From assembly GCA_963727895.1 (NCBI GenBank), contig CAVSHT010000005.1, positions 160,001-224,000 of the forward strand: 64,000 bases of DNA. The letters are read 5' to 3'. The notes under the pieces are model-generated. The model was not told the DNA's origin and ran no database searches. It was given only the letters and a program-made list of their open reading frames with translations. Position numbers and translations under genes: made by a program. Every line of letters begins with the position of its first letter. Position 1 is the stretch's first letter. Origin of the DNA: an uncultured Methanosarcinaceae archaeon (GTDB taxonomy: Archaea; Halobacteriota; Methanosarcinia; Methanosarcinales; Methanosarcinaceae). Positions 11,540 to 22,118 of this stretch are shown here, in pieces.

Positions 11540-12199
11540 ATGGCTCATATACATTTAGAAGACGGCTCTTTTTCCCTTCAATGGATCTCCATATGGTGGA
11601 TTCTTTCGATAGCTTTAGTCTGCCTTTGTATATACTGGATGAAAAAGGTGAATAAAAGCGATGACAATAAAGTGTTAACTATAGCAGGAATGTGCACTGC
11701 GGCTTCATTTGCGATTTTTCAGGTCAATATTCCTTTGTTTGGGGGTGTACACATGAATCTAACACCTCTTATAGGCATATTAGTGGGTCCTGCAGTTGGA
11801 GGAATAATTGTATTCATAGTGAATATATTATCTGCTGCAATAGGACATGGTGGATGGGGAATGATTGGAGCGAATGTTCTAGTCAATCTAACTGAAGTTT
11901 CAGTTGCCTATTTCACATATCGTGGACTTGCCAGAGCCAAATTGAGCTCTTTTTCAAGAGCCGGTATTGCTACTCTGGCAGGATTGTTATTTGGTAATGT
12001 AACTATGATAATCGTAATCCTGGTTTCAGGAATCCAGGGAGTAACGCAGAGCCGCATGGATATACTTTATGGGCTTTCTCTCCTTGCAGGAGTCAATATG
12101 GGAGTTGCTGTAATTGAAGCTGTGCTTACTGGATATGTAGTTTCGTACTTGCAAAAAGTCAGACCGGATATGCTTCAGGAGGATGAGTTTCGTGTATGA
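11540..12199 (+). CDS. cbiM: ECF Co/Ni S component, CbiM/NikM family
   Basis: N-terminal HIHLEDG, GVHMNL and GHGG motifs. Confidence 0.85.
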   Translation: MAHIHLEDGSFSLQWISIWWILSIALVCLCIYWMKKVNKSDDNKVLTIAGMCTAASFAIFQVNIPLFGGVHMNLTPLIGILVGPAVGGIIVFIVNILSAAIGHGGWGMIGANVLVNLTEVSVAYFTYRGLARAKLSSFSRAGIATLAGLLFGNVTMIIVILVSGIQGVTQSRMDILYGLSLLAGVNMGVAVIEAVLTGYVVSYLQKVRPDMLQEDEFRV

Positions 12200-12458
12200 A
12201 ATAGACCGAAAAAAAAGTATGCTTCTGTTTGGGGTTTTGATCGTAGCTGTTTCAGGATTAAGCTTGATTGCTTACCATGTCTCAGGTCATATGGGCATAG
12301 AAGAAAGGTTTAATAGTGCTGTTGGAATTAAAGCAGAACCAGAGGACGAAGGACCGTCTGGAATATTTGGATTTAATATTGAGGGCAATGTATTATATTA
12401 TGAGATCATCCTCACCATTCTTATAGTAATATGCCTGATTATTTATATCAAAAAGTAA
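12183..12458 (+). CDS. Two-TM auxiliary ECF component (CbiN/NikN-like)
   Basis: Two TM helices around a hydrophilic loop; overlaps the cbiM end. Confidence 0.65.
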   Translation: MSFVYEIDRKKSMLLFGVLIVAVSGLSLIAYHVSGHMGIEERFNSAVGIKAEPEDEGPSGIFGFNIEGNVLYYEIILTILIVICLIIYIKK

Positions 12459-12498
12459 AACAATGTAATCTATAGCTTAAGAATAATTTCAATAAAGT

Positions 12499-13131
12499 GG
12501 TATTGTTACTTAAATATATCTAGTTATTTATTTCTGTATTTCATCAATAGAATAACCGAGTACTTTAGCATTTCAAGACTTTTTGTATAACACTTTGTCT
12601 TTCGTCTCAATCTTGCTAGAAAATGCCTCAATATGCTGTTATATCCTTCAACAGTATACGTTTCTGCTTTGGATTGAGTATGGATCTTTTCTGGAAGAAC
12701 CTCTGCATATGCTCTCCAGTGATCGGTCATCACTTCTCCAATCTCTTTTTTCTTCAATTTTTTTCAGAGTTGTTGTCCAGTTTCTGTTCCTCTGCTACCA
12801 AAAGAGCAATTGATGAACTTTTTCCCAATTCTATCAATAGCAATCCAGATCCAGCAATATTTATTTTGTCACCGATGTAAGTGTGCATTTCATCCATTTC
12901 AACAATAGATATCTCATTTTCACTTTTTAGGTCCTCTAACTTCTGACCAAATTCCTTTATCCATTTTTGGACAGAAACATGACTTACCCCTAAAACTCTT
13001 CCTATTGAGCGAAAGCCCAATCCTTCAAGATAGAGTTGTAAAGCCTGTCTTTTTACAGAAGCGGAAAAAGCAGTTGATTTTAGCTCTACTGTATAGTTAT
13101 AGCCACAATCAGAGCATTTGTACCGTTGACG
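12499..13131 (-). mobile_element. IS1-family element, 5'-truncated
   Basis: InsA/InsB-like ORFs 12754-13134 and 12524-12757. IR GGTATTGTTA at 12499. Near-identical to 41282-42021, but the frameshift A-run is interrupted (AAAATAAA). Confidence 0.9.
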
Positions 13132-13826
13132 CACTGCCTAATAAAAGATATATAGAACTTTAATTATGAAACAAAGAGTTATCAAATTAAAATGGGAATA
13201 TGATAATAATTATGACAATCTTTTTACTAATTGTCATATACTAAATCTAAAAATTAAATCTATTGAATAGTCGTCCTTTATAAGGATATTTTACTTTCAA
13301 AGAAAAAGCCTTAATTGAAGGTGCTTAGAAATAAAAAAAGTTCAGTAATTTTTCAAACTGAATACACGTTTTTTAAGGTATTAAATTGAATTTAGTTGGA
13401 AAATATGGCTTTTATACAGTATAGAGATTAAATTCGTGTTTAAAAAAGTGGATTGCAGATTATTATTCCCGACTCATTGAGAGTTTTAAAAAAAATGTAA
13501 TTGTATATTAAATGTAAAAGTAAATATGTTTTATTGACTGAGGGTTTACCTAGTTTTTTCAATACTATTAATATTCAGAATAAGTTTTTCTGGGTATTTT
13601 ATATAAAATATTATTATATTTATAATTGTACTTTCATAGCAATCAAATCTATTCCGATCCAAATGAATAGGGAATCAGAATAGTTATTAAATTGCCATAT
13701 GAAAGTATGATTAATGGGGTGAATGAAGAGTTTGCTTAGATAATTGCATATTCTAATCTCACCCAAAAATGTGAACAGAATAAAATAAAACAACAAAATA
13801 AAGTAAAACCACGGAGGTAGATATAA

Positions 13827-13952
13827 ATGTGGGGATGGAATCGCTGGGGCGGCGGATGGAATCGCGGCTGGGGCGGCGGCTGGGGCGGCGGCTGCGGTGG
13901 CTGGGGCGGCGGCTGCGGTGGCTGGGGCGGCGGCTGCGGTGGCTGGTGCTAA
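13827..13952 (+). CDS. Gly/Trp/Cys-rich repeat peptide, 41 aa (not in ORF track)
   Basis: GGAGGT RBS then MWGWNRWGGGWNRGWGGGWGGGCGGWGGGCGGWGGGCGGWC. Confidence 0.75.
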   Translation: MWGWNRWGGGWNRGWGGGWGGGCGGWGGGCGGWGGGCGGWC

Positions 13953-13984
13953 GAGGGCGGCGGCTGCGGTGGCTGGTGCTAAGA
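13925..13984 (+). repeat. 30-bp tandem duplication spanning the peptide stop codon
   Basis: GGGCGGCGGCTGCGGTGGCTGGTGCTAAGA x2. Confidence 0.9.
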
Positions 13985-14458
13985 ACAGTCATTAAGTCCA
14001 AATGCTACTAAATACTAAATAAAACACTAAATAATCATAGCCATATTTCAAGATAAAATCTTTCCGATGAATAGTTTCGTCTGAATATGGCTATACATTT
14101 CAAATAAGCCGTCAACTTATTTGAATTATCGCTTAAGTGCCAAATAAAGATGAAATTATCATCGCAGACCGGGCTGCATTTTGACATATAACTAATTTTC
14201 TCGGGAACTGCATCCATATAGGCGCAGGTTTTCCACAGCCACCTGCGCCACCTCCAATAAGTATAATTGTGAAAATAAAAGGATTTAACTGAAGGTGAGG
14301 GAAATATCACAAGATCACGGATGTGTTATCTATGTCTTTCAAATAGAGCCCAATACCAGCAAAGCTGTCAGTAGGGGCAAAGTAGATGGCACTAATTTGA
14401 AGTTTTTTAATGATTTTTATTACACTCTTGGTTTACTTAAACATCGTTGATAGTTATT

Positions 14459-14676
14459 TGACATGAAAGTACGTGAGGAAATCTCCCTCATGTACTCTCC
14501 CCTTCCTTTTTTCCCATAATTGCGATTATTTCACTAATTATTTTGATACTCTCATCAATCGAGAAAGGTTCAATTTCAATAATTTTCCTTTTTTGATTTC
14601 ACCCTTCTGATAACCTGTTTCATCTTGGTACATCTCATCATTTGTTACAAGATGCCATATTATTGTTGCAATTTTT
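14459..14676 (-). mobile_element. IS110-family transposase 3' remnant
   Basis: Minus strand reads KIATIIWHLVTNDEMYQDETGYQKGEIKK, resembling the methanosarcinal IS110 C-terminus. A terminal hairpin follows; the fragment is cut by a MITE. Confidence 0.6.
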
Positions 14677-14852
14677 GTATCCTCTTCAAATTGTATGGGT
14701 AAAAATAAATTTCATGTATTTGCTGAAAAGTTAAAAATTTAACCAAGTATAAGAAACAACCTCAAGCAATGCATTCAACTTTACAACTGTATGATAAAAT
14801 CGTTGCATATTTTTCGAGTTGGAAAATTCTCCATTGAATTTGAAGAGGATAC
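14677..14852. mobile_element. MITE family B (176 bp), copy 1
   Basis: Terminal IRs GTATCCTCTTCAAATT…AATTTGAAGAGGATAC; second copy at 20927-21102. Confidence 0.85.
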
Positions 14853-15127
14853 GTATTTTTCTATAAAACAGAAGAAAAGCGCGCCTTCCTTTGTGCCTGC
14901 TTGTTCTCCTGACTGAAAAATCCTGAACATATTCTTTTATAATTTTAGTAATAAGGATAGAAACGAAAACAGCACAACTGGCTAATGTAAACATTTAAAC
15001 ACCAGCCAGTTAGGATTTATTTTAGTTATATTTAACTTTTAACTATAATTATACGTTTTTACGAGTACCAATAGTTAGGGTGCAAATAATTAAACATCAG
15101 CTACTTAGAATTATTTTTTCCTCTGCT

Positions 15128-15514
15128 TTAGTGGTAGTATTTATTATAATTGTTGTAAAAATTGTGATAACCGCCGTACCAACCGTTATATTTTGAGTAC
15201 CAGCCATTATATTTTGCCAACCACAAAATATACATTTTGTACCAGTTGTCATAATTTTTGTCGTGTTTCTTGTGGTTCCATTCATTCTTTTGTCTGTCCC
15301 AATTGTTCTTTTGTTTGTTCCAATCGTTCTTTTGGCGATCCCAATTATTCTTTTGTTGGTTCCAATTATTTCTATCCCCAGTATTCTTCCCACCATTATT
15401 ATATGTATTATTCGGAGCTGCACTTACTGCTGCAACTGTCACTGACATTACAAAACAAAATGCCAGCAAAATTCCTAGTATCTTTCTCATTTTCAGCACT
15501 TTATTTACCCCCAT
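15128..15514 (-). CDS. Secreted low-complexity Asn/Trp/Tyr/Lys heptad-repeat protein
   Basis: Signal peptide (…VAAVSA) then NNWDRQK-type repeats x5 and YNGWYxx repeats. GGGGGT RBS suggests a start at the nearby GTG or ATG. Confidence 0.75.
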   Translation of the reverse strand: MGVNKVLKMRKILGILLAFCFVMSVTVAAVSAAPNNTYNNGGKNTGDRNNWNQQKNNWDRQKNDWNKQKNNWDRQKNEWNHKKHDKNYDNWYKMYILWLAKYNGWYSKYNGWYGGYHNFYNNYNKYYH

Positions 15515-15870
15515 ATATTTGCTGTTTGGATAGCCTTTCTTTATTGTCGTAAGTATCTCGCTGATTATTCGCAGCTTGACAATCCTAACATTAACCAGTT
15601 AAAATATAAACATACTTATATATAAAAATATATAAAAGTTTGACAATTACTAAAATGAGGATTTTTAAAAATTGAATTAATATATTAATTAATCTACGAG
15701 ACTTAATTAATAATTAAATGGTCAATAAAGGTTCATTCTTAAAACAAAGGTTTAAAATTTCTGGTTATTAATACTCAAAGATAAAGTAGTATATTCAAAT
15801 ATCACTTTTATATAGCTGTATATTTAAGAAAGAAGTTCATTCTAAGTTAATTTTATCTCCATAATTCATA

Positions 15871-16107
15871 GAATTCTGTTGCAAAAAATCTCCGAATAAG
15901 TATATAAACGTATGGATAATAAACAAAAATCAAAATATTCAAAAAGATGTGTCAATATTATCGAACTATTCCAAATAATTGATTAATATATTTAGCTTCA
16001 TTAAAGCCAGAGTTATTTAAATTATTGACTTGTCCTTTTTTAATCATATTCATTTTGGCTTCGGTAATTGAGTTTATGTGGATCTCTTAAAGTCCAGTCA
16101 ACATTTT
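15871..16107 (+). mobile_element. IS6-type MITE family A, partial copy
   Basis: Starts TTCTGTTGCAAAAAATC and is colinear with 17781-18017. Confidence 0.75.
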
Positions 16108-16324
16108 ATGTAAAATGTTAGGTTATTTTGAGGAAAAAATACTAAATTTACTGCTATAATCCAGGTAACGAATACCAAAACTACATAAAACAAGCCTGAT
16201 AATTAAAAAAATTACAATATTAATAAAATGTTATTGTTCAATATGTGCTGGAAACAAATAGAAAAATTTAAGTCACTGTTTAACTTAACATTACAAAAGA
16301 ATAAAAATAGGAAGATATAAACTG

Positions 16325-17029
16325 ATGGATGTAGATCTCAAAAAAGAAATGGAATCTTTGAAAGGGTTCAAACTGGTATATGATTTAAAAATGTTGGGAA
16401 TTACACAACGAGTATTTATCTATAATTATCATTTTTTATGTGATTCTATAGATAAGTTTGAACAAGATATTGAATTATGTTTTTTAAATAATAGCTCCAA
16501 AAGTAACGAAATTACATTAGTTATTCTTTGTTTGCTTCATAATTATTTAGCTAGTGCTTTCACATTGGTAAATCACAGTAGAAAATTAAAGCAGCAATTA
16601 AATAATGAAAATGTAAATATGTTTTATGCTGAAGAAATTGAAGTTTTGAAAAATACTGAAGTAGTAGCTTTTGTGAAAGATTTTAGAAACTATGTTCAAC
16701 ATCGTTCATTACCAATATGCAATAGACGTGTGCAGCTCGAAAGAATTGAAGGAACAGATCAATGTTTACTAGATCACAAAATTTTATTGAATCGTGTAGA
16801 GTTATTAAAGTGGCGTAAAGGATCTAAATCAAAGTGGACATCAAAATCAAAAAAATATCTCAATCGTTTTGATAGTGATATTGATATTAAACAATTCTGC
16901 ACGGAATATTACAGTATTATTATTAAATTTAATAAGAATTTTTTTGAATTATTGTCTAAAGAATATGAAAATGAAATTAAGGAACTAAGAGATTTTCAAG
17001 AGCATGTAAGTGGTCAGTATCCAAGTTAA
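16325..17029 (+). CDS. Hypothetical protein, putative HEPN-domain RNase
   Basis: Helical protein with an Rx4H motif (FRNYVQH). Very AT-rich and isolated between MITEs. Confidence 0.55.
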   Translation: MDVDLKKEMESLKGFKLVYDLKMLGITQRVFIYNYHFLCDSIDKFEQDIELCFLNNSSKSNEITLVILCLLHNYLASAFTLVNHSRKLKQQLNNENVNMFYAEEIEVLKNTEVVAFVKDFRNYVQHRSLPICNRRVQLERIEGTDQCLLDHKILLNRVELLKWRKGSKSKWTSKSKKYLNRFDSDIDIKQFCTEYYSIIIKFNKNFFELLSKEYENEIKELRDFQEHVSGQYPS

Positions 17030-17361
17030 TATAGAGCTTGTTTCAAAACTACCATCAATCCTTTTATGCCAATTTTTTATTCTTTTCTATCTTTTTTATA
17101 AATTAATGTTGGGAATCTATTACGTTTTTTAGGCACTTGTTTTCTCATTGTAATTGTCTAAAATATTTACTTTTCTATTTGTTCTATGTAATTTTGTAAA
17201 CAAGTAAACACATATACATAAAGTATATGAAGTTTCAATTTCATATATAGAAGTAGGCAAATTGTATGCAAAAGTACGTTTTTGAAGATAGCTTCTACTT
17301 GCGATTACATGATATACGTTGCAAATTAGCATAAAAAAGTCGTTAAAATTGAGAGGTAATC

Positions 17362-17796
17362 ATGGTATCTGTGGGGGAAATTACTGCTGATGTGGGTCTA
17401 AAAATAGACGAGTCTAGTATTAGTTCCGCAGCATCCCTTTTTGAATCTGCCGAGGCATCCCTAACAGGATTAAACGCGGCTGCCATTGAAACTTCGGAAA
17501 CTATAAGTTCAAGTTTTTCAACTGGTTTAATGGGTGCAGATACTTCTATTGAAGAATTCTCATCCTCTTCCACATTAGCTTTTCAGGAAATTTCAGCATC
17601 TATTGATAGTACAATGTCTTCTTTTTCAGCTCTTGGAGAAGCTGGAGCATCAAGTTTTGAAAGTCTAGATAGTGCCATAACTGCAACTTCTGAACAATTA
17701 GCAACAATAGGGGAAGCTGGCACAGCAAGTCTTGAAGAGTTATCTGGGGCGATTGGGGCAACCTCCGAGGAACTTGCCACGGTTCCGTTGCAATAA
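17362..17796 (+). pseudogene. Truncated Ala/Ser-rich repeat protein, phage tape-measure-like N-terminus
   Basis: GAGGT RBS; 22-aa repeats (GEAGxxSxExLxxAIxATSExL). The frame runs into the MITE end at 17781. Confidence 0.45.
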
Positions 17797-18260
17797 ATCT
17801 TAGAATAAGCCTGTAAATCTATGAATAATGAATAAAAGTTAAAATATTCAAAAAGATGTGTAAATATTATATAACTATTCCAAATAATTGATTAATATAT
17901 TTAGCTTCATTAAGACCAGAGTAATTTAGATTTTTGACTTGTCTCTTTTTAACCGTATTCGTTTTGGCCCCAATAATCAAGTTTATGCAGATCTCCTAAA
18001 ATCTAGTCAACATTTTGAACAAATGGTTTTTTTATGATATTACTTTAAAAAGAGACATAAGAACGTAATAGTAAAAAGTTCGTGTTTATTGCTTATTTCT
18101 GAGAAAAACGATAGTAAAACCTGCAAAATTTTTCCTAAAATCCGAACCTCCTAGCTCAAAAAAAGGTTCGTATCTTAAATTATCCTTAAAAATTAGATTT
18201 TTAGATCATTTACTGCATAACAGAGTTTACTTATGTCATATCATTTTTGTAACAGAATCC
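17781..18260 (+). mobile_element. IS6-type MITE family A, long copy (about 480 bp)
   Basis: Left end GGTTCCGTTGCAA, right end TTTTTGTAACAGAATCC. Internal segments recur at 15871, 20858, 39847, 40516 and, inverted, at about 40025-40155 and 41210-41280. Confidence 0.75.
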
Positions 18261-18544
18261 TTAACTTTCTACTTATTTCAATAAACCTCTCTCCTAATTT
18301 TTTACAACTAAACTATTTTGGCTGTGGTGGTGGCTGCAACGCACACGCACATGACTATATAGTATAATAGAGCACAGTGAAAAGTGTTTTAAGATAGCGA
18401 AAATGAAAAAGTGTTTATTATAATAGGTCAAATATAAGAATATTAAGGTTCATATCCAGAGACCTTCTTTTGATTGCGAAAAATAGATACAATTTACTTG
18501 AGCATTCATTATTCAACTATCGAAGTTCAGTGAAAATATGGAAT

Positions 18545-18676
18545 TTCTTGGAAGTTTAATTGAGTGTTACTGCAGGAGGTAAAGGGCGGGAGAAATTAAT
18601 CCGCCCAGGCTTGAATGAACAGGATGAATGATTAGCCCTGTCCAGATGTGGTTGAAGACCCCAACTGATTGGGTTC
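18545..18676 (-). ncRNA. Candidate small RNA with three hairpins and an anti-SD tract
   Basis: TATA box TTTAAATA at 18706-18699. Stems AACCCAA/TTGGGGT, GGACAGG/CCTGTTC, GGGCGG/CCGCCC, followed by TTTACCTCCT. GC-rich island with no ORF. Confidence 0.6.
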
Positions 18677-19790
18677 AAATATATAATTAATTTAAAACTA
18701 TTTAAAGTTTATGAAGGAGTTTTTAATTTCGCTCTCGTTTAGCCATTTTTTGTTATATCCCATAATAATTCGTTTCATAAATAAAGCAACAATATAGCCA
18801 AAGTGTTTCCTTTTTCTCAATTTTTTCAGGAAAAACTAGGGTTTTTTGCAGACATTTAGGAGAAGAAGCAACATTATAAGACCACTGTTGCTTTTCTCTG
18901 ATTGGTTTGTTCTTAGAGGAGTTATCATTTTGATAACTCCTCTTTAGACTGTTAAGAAACAACAAATTGTCAATTTATTGTATATACAGCAAAACGTCTA
19001 ATTACTGTATATACAACGTAAAATAGGAGGATTTACTGAACAACGGTCAATAAATCACCATTAAACATCCGGATTTTGTCATAATAAAGGTATAAAAAAC
19101 GGTTTCAAAACAATAAACCTCTTGATAATGAAAAAATTAAAATAGTAAATGTAACAAAAAAGACGTTTTTTGAGATTTTGTACGTACCTTTGAATCGGGG
19201 AGGGGTATAAGTAGAGTTGAAAATAGATCACTTTGTTAAAACAGGTGAAAAACTTGAGAGAATAAACTAACTATAAATATATTTTAATTCTATATAACAG
19301 ATTCAAAATGTATATATGCATTCAGTTTTATTATATAATTCAGAGGTTTTTGTGCGTCCCTGCTTAGTCGATTTTCGAAAATCCCAAACATCTCAATATT
19401 CTGAAAACCTTTCCCAATGACGCACCACCTCTAGTATAATTCCAAAATGAGTCATCACCAGTTGCTTGTGGTTTGATTTCTTAATGTCTATTTTCTCAGC
19501 TGTCCATTTGTCAGATTTCTGACAAATGGAATTTTCACCACAATTTTTTAGAGAAATGTATCAAAAGTCTTCTGAGATCTAAAATAAACTGTAAAGGTTA
19601 CTGTAAAAAGTAATTGGGGTATTAAATTTATGAATGAAAATGATTCCAAATGCAATAAAAAATCTCATTATGAAGAAAGTAACGTGCTCGCTCTTGCGTT
19701 ACTAGCTCTGCTTGTCTTATTTGCATTTAAGTACATTATTTATCCTGATATTGTCTTTTATATATAAGCCAACAATTTGTCAAAAAATAG

Positions 19791-19940
19791 GGTTCCGTTG
19801 CAAAAAATCAGAGCATTTTACAAAATTGTTGAAAACCTTCACAATAAGATACTTTTAGTGAGAAAATTTGGATTAAAATGACATTTAAAGGAAAGAAGAA
19901 TAACCTCAAAGTACAGAAAAATTATTTTTGCAACGGAACC
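19791..19940. mobile_element. 150-bp MITE with perfect IS6-type IRs
   Basis: GGTTCCGTTGCAAAAA…TTTTTGCAACGGAACC. Confidence 0.9.
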
Positions 19941-20206
19941 GGAATATGATTATCCTGATATCAGAGAGTTGGTTAAAGATTATGGTTATACTGCCTACAT
20001 AAAGAGCCGGGGAGAAGAAAAAATAAGAATAGAGATTCCAGGGTTTAGAGCAAGAAGATGGGTTGTAGAAAGGACACATTCTTGGATAAACATATTCAGA
20101 AGACTCCTTATCAGATGGGAAAAGAAAATTGAGAATTATCTTGCTATGCTTTATTTAGCATGTGCATGCATAACATTCAGGGCATCAGGACTTTTCGGAT
20201 AAGCTC
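19941..20206 (+). mobile_element. IS5-family transposase 3' remnant
   Basis: RARRWVVERTHSW…RRLLIRWEKK; right end CTTTTCGGATAAGCTC. Confidence 0.85.
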
Positions 20207-20294
20207 TTAGTATGAATTAAGCCTGTATATCCAGAAATTTGTATAAAGTCAATGGATTTATACCAAAAAAATGAGACTTGAAATCTATTTTGCT

Positions 20295-20702
20295 TCAAGC
20301 AGGAGCTTCCTTTTTCAGTATATAAGAAATCATTTCAGGATTGAGTTTGCTTTCCCTTGCAATCTTTTCTTCAATTTTTTCGGAAGGCGTACCCTCAGAT
20401 TTCAGTTCCCTTATTTTCTCAATAACTGAAGATGGGACGCTGTAGTATTCGTAAATATCTTTCCTGTGACCCCATACATCTCCTTCAATAAGCTGTATTT
20501 TTTGCATTTCAAAGAACATTTCTATAGATTTGGATACCGTACGCCTGTAAGATTTGGGTAATTGAATGACCTCAATTTTTGGGCAGGTTTCAACCAGTGC
20601 AAAAATGTCTTTGTTCGAAGGCCTGAAAGTCAGGTGAACAATACGTTCATTAGGGTTGAGAGTAAAAATTTCCTCTCTGGAACTAACTACTCTAATTTTC
20701 AT
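20295..20702 (-). CDS. DUF1699 family protein (Methanosarcinales)
   Basis: MKIRVVSSREEIFTLNPNERIVHL…EGDVWGHRKDI signature. Confidence 0.85.
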   Translation of the reverse strand: MKIRVVSSREEIFTLNPNERIVHLTFRPSNKDIFALVETCPKIEVIQLPKSYRRTVSKSIEMFFEMQKIQLIEGDVWGHRKDIYEYYSVPSSVIEKIRELKSEGTPSEKIEEKIARESKLNPEMISYILKKEAPA

Positions 20703-20857
20703 GTCTTTACCCCACTATAAAGTTTTTTTATTTTAATATAAATATAGTTAACTTACTATAAATATTTATCTCAATTAACTGACATTTTTCATACAGTATG
20801 ATGCAAAAAAATATATTCGACTCCCTTTTAAACTTCTTATACAGATAGAAATTTTTT

Positions 20858-21102
20858 GGTTTCGTTGTAAAAAAATCTCAAAATAAGCATGTAAATCTAT
20901 GAATGATAAACAAAAGTTAAAATATTGTATCCTCTTCAAATTATATGGGTAAAAGTAAATTTCATGTATCTGCTAAAAATTTAATAATTTAGCAAAGTAT
21001 AAGAAACAACCTCATGCAATGCATTCAACTTTACAACTGTATGATAAAATTGTTGCACATTTTTCGAGTTGGAAAATTCTCCATTGAATTTGAAGAGGAT
21101 AT
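20858..21102. mobile_element. Family A MITE stub (20858-20926) abutted by family B MITE copy 2 (20927-21102)
   Basis: Sequence matches 17781 onward and 14677-14852. Confidence 0.8.
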
Positions 21103-21375
21103 GTCTTAAATGTCTTTTGATCTTCTTTTCGATTTCAGGTGAGTATTGATGTACTCATCTCATGATAGTACTGTAATCAACTTCTACTCTCCTTTCTGCC
21201 ATCATTTCCTTTAAATTTCGATAACTTAATGGATATTTTAAGTACCATCTGACATTCAATAAAATAATTTCACCCACAAAATGCTTCCATTTAAAGGGAT
21301 TAGATAGCATGTCAGTATCCTTTACTTCCCTTTTATTTGATTATATCCTTAACAGATATTTTTTGCAACGGGACC
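21103..21375 (-). mobile_element. IS6-family element 5' remnant
   Basis: IR GGTCCCGTTGCAAAA at 21375. ATG 21310 reads MLSNPFKWKHFVGEIILLNVRWYLKYPLSYRNLKEMMAERGVEVDYSTIMR*VHQYSPE. Confidence 0.9.
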
Positions 21376-21770
21376 GGATTGATGTTCAGTGATAACAGCA
21401 ATTGTTCAAGAGCTCCAAGATCCATTTTTGTTCTCCAAAATATGAATATGGGTAAATGGAACAACTAATATATTTTTTCTGTAATTGAAAACCCATTAAA
21501 TTTGAAGAGTATACGTAAATACAACTCTGTATCTCAGACAGCCTTTAACCTGTTATGGCTGTATAAACAATATGCGTCTACTTATTTTATACATTTATAC
21601 TTATTATCTCATTTTAGTGTCTTCTCTGCCAAAATCAGCATCAGTAGAAAAACATGTCTTGTTACCTATTACTAGTTAGACATGCGTCTGAGAGGACCAG
21701 ACAGACAGACAAAATTTGCCCTTTTTAGAGTAAAACATCTTAGTTTAAAAAATAGAAAACAGGAAAAAGT

Positions 21771-22118
21771 GGCAGTGCCGCAAATTTGCTGTAAATTTGA
21801 AGTCAAGTTTTTGTGTATTATGGGAAAATTGATCTTCTGATGTGGAATTTATTACTCAATAACTTCTTGAGATTTGTGATTTTACAGAACTTATGTTACA
21901 CTGTCGAAAAAGCCTGTTTAATTTATTATGCCTAAAAATATTAAATGTTCTTCATGCGTCTTCGGTTAAGTGAGAAATCGGGCAGTGTGCCGAAAGTCCT
22001 GTAAATTCAAAGTCTAATGTCTATATATTCACAGATATGTTGGTTTAATGCATAGGTTTTACCACAAAACCTATGAATTAATGAATATCAGATTTCACAG
22101 AACCTTTGGCACACTACC
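21771..22118. mobile_element. Two degenerate copies of MITE family C (21771-21905, 21981-22118)
   Basis: IRs of the type GGCAGTGT-GC-AAAGT-CTGTAAATT / ATTT-ACAGAAC-TT-G-CACACT-CC; third copy at 23575-23685. Confidence 0.65.

Noticed and set aside
13830..13984. CRISPR array
   Set aside because: The repeats are contiguous coding units with no unique spacers, and there are no cas genes in the window.
13759..14011. Track ORFs with Arg-rich RRLRW / SHRSRRP repeats
   Set aside because: These are shadow frames of the Gly/Trp/Cys peptide, which has the properly spaced RBS and ATG.
14035..14310. 91-aa ORF next to the repeat peptide as a maturation or immunity gene
   Set aside because: No RBS or recognisable motif; looks like decayed sequence.
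14459..14520. Functional IS110 bridge RNA
   Set aside because: Only a short terminal hairpin and a transposase tail remain; there is not enough sequence to support one.
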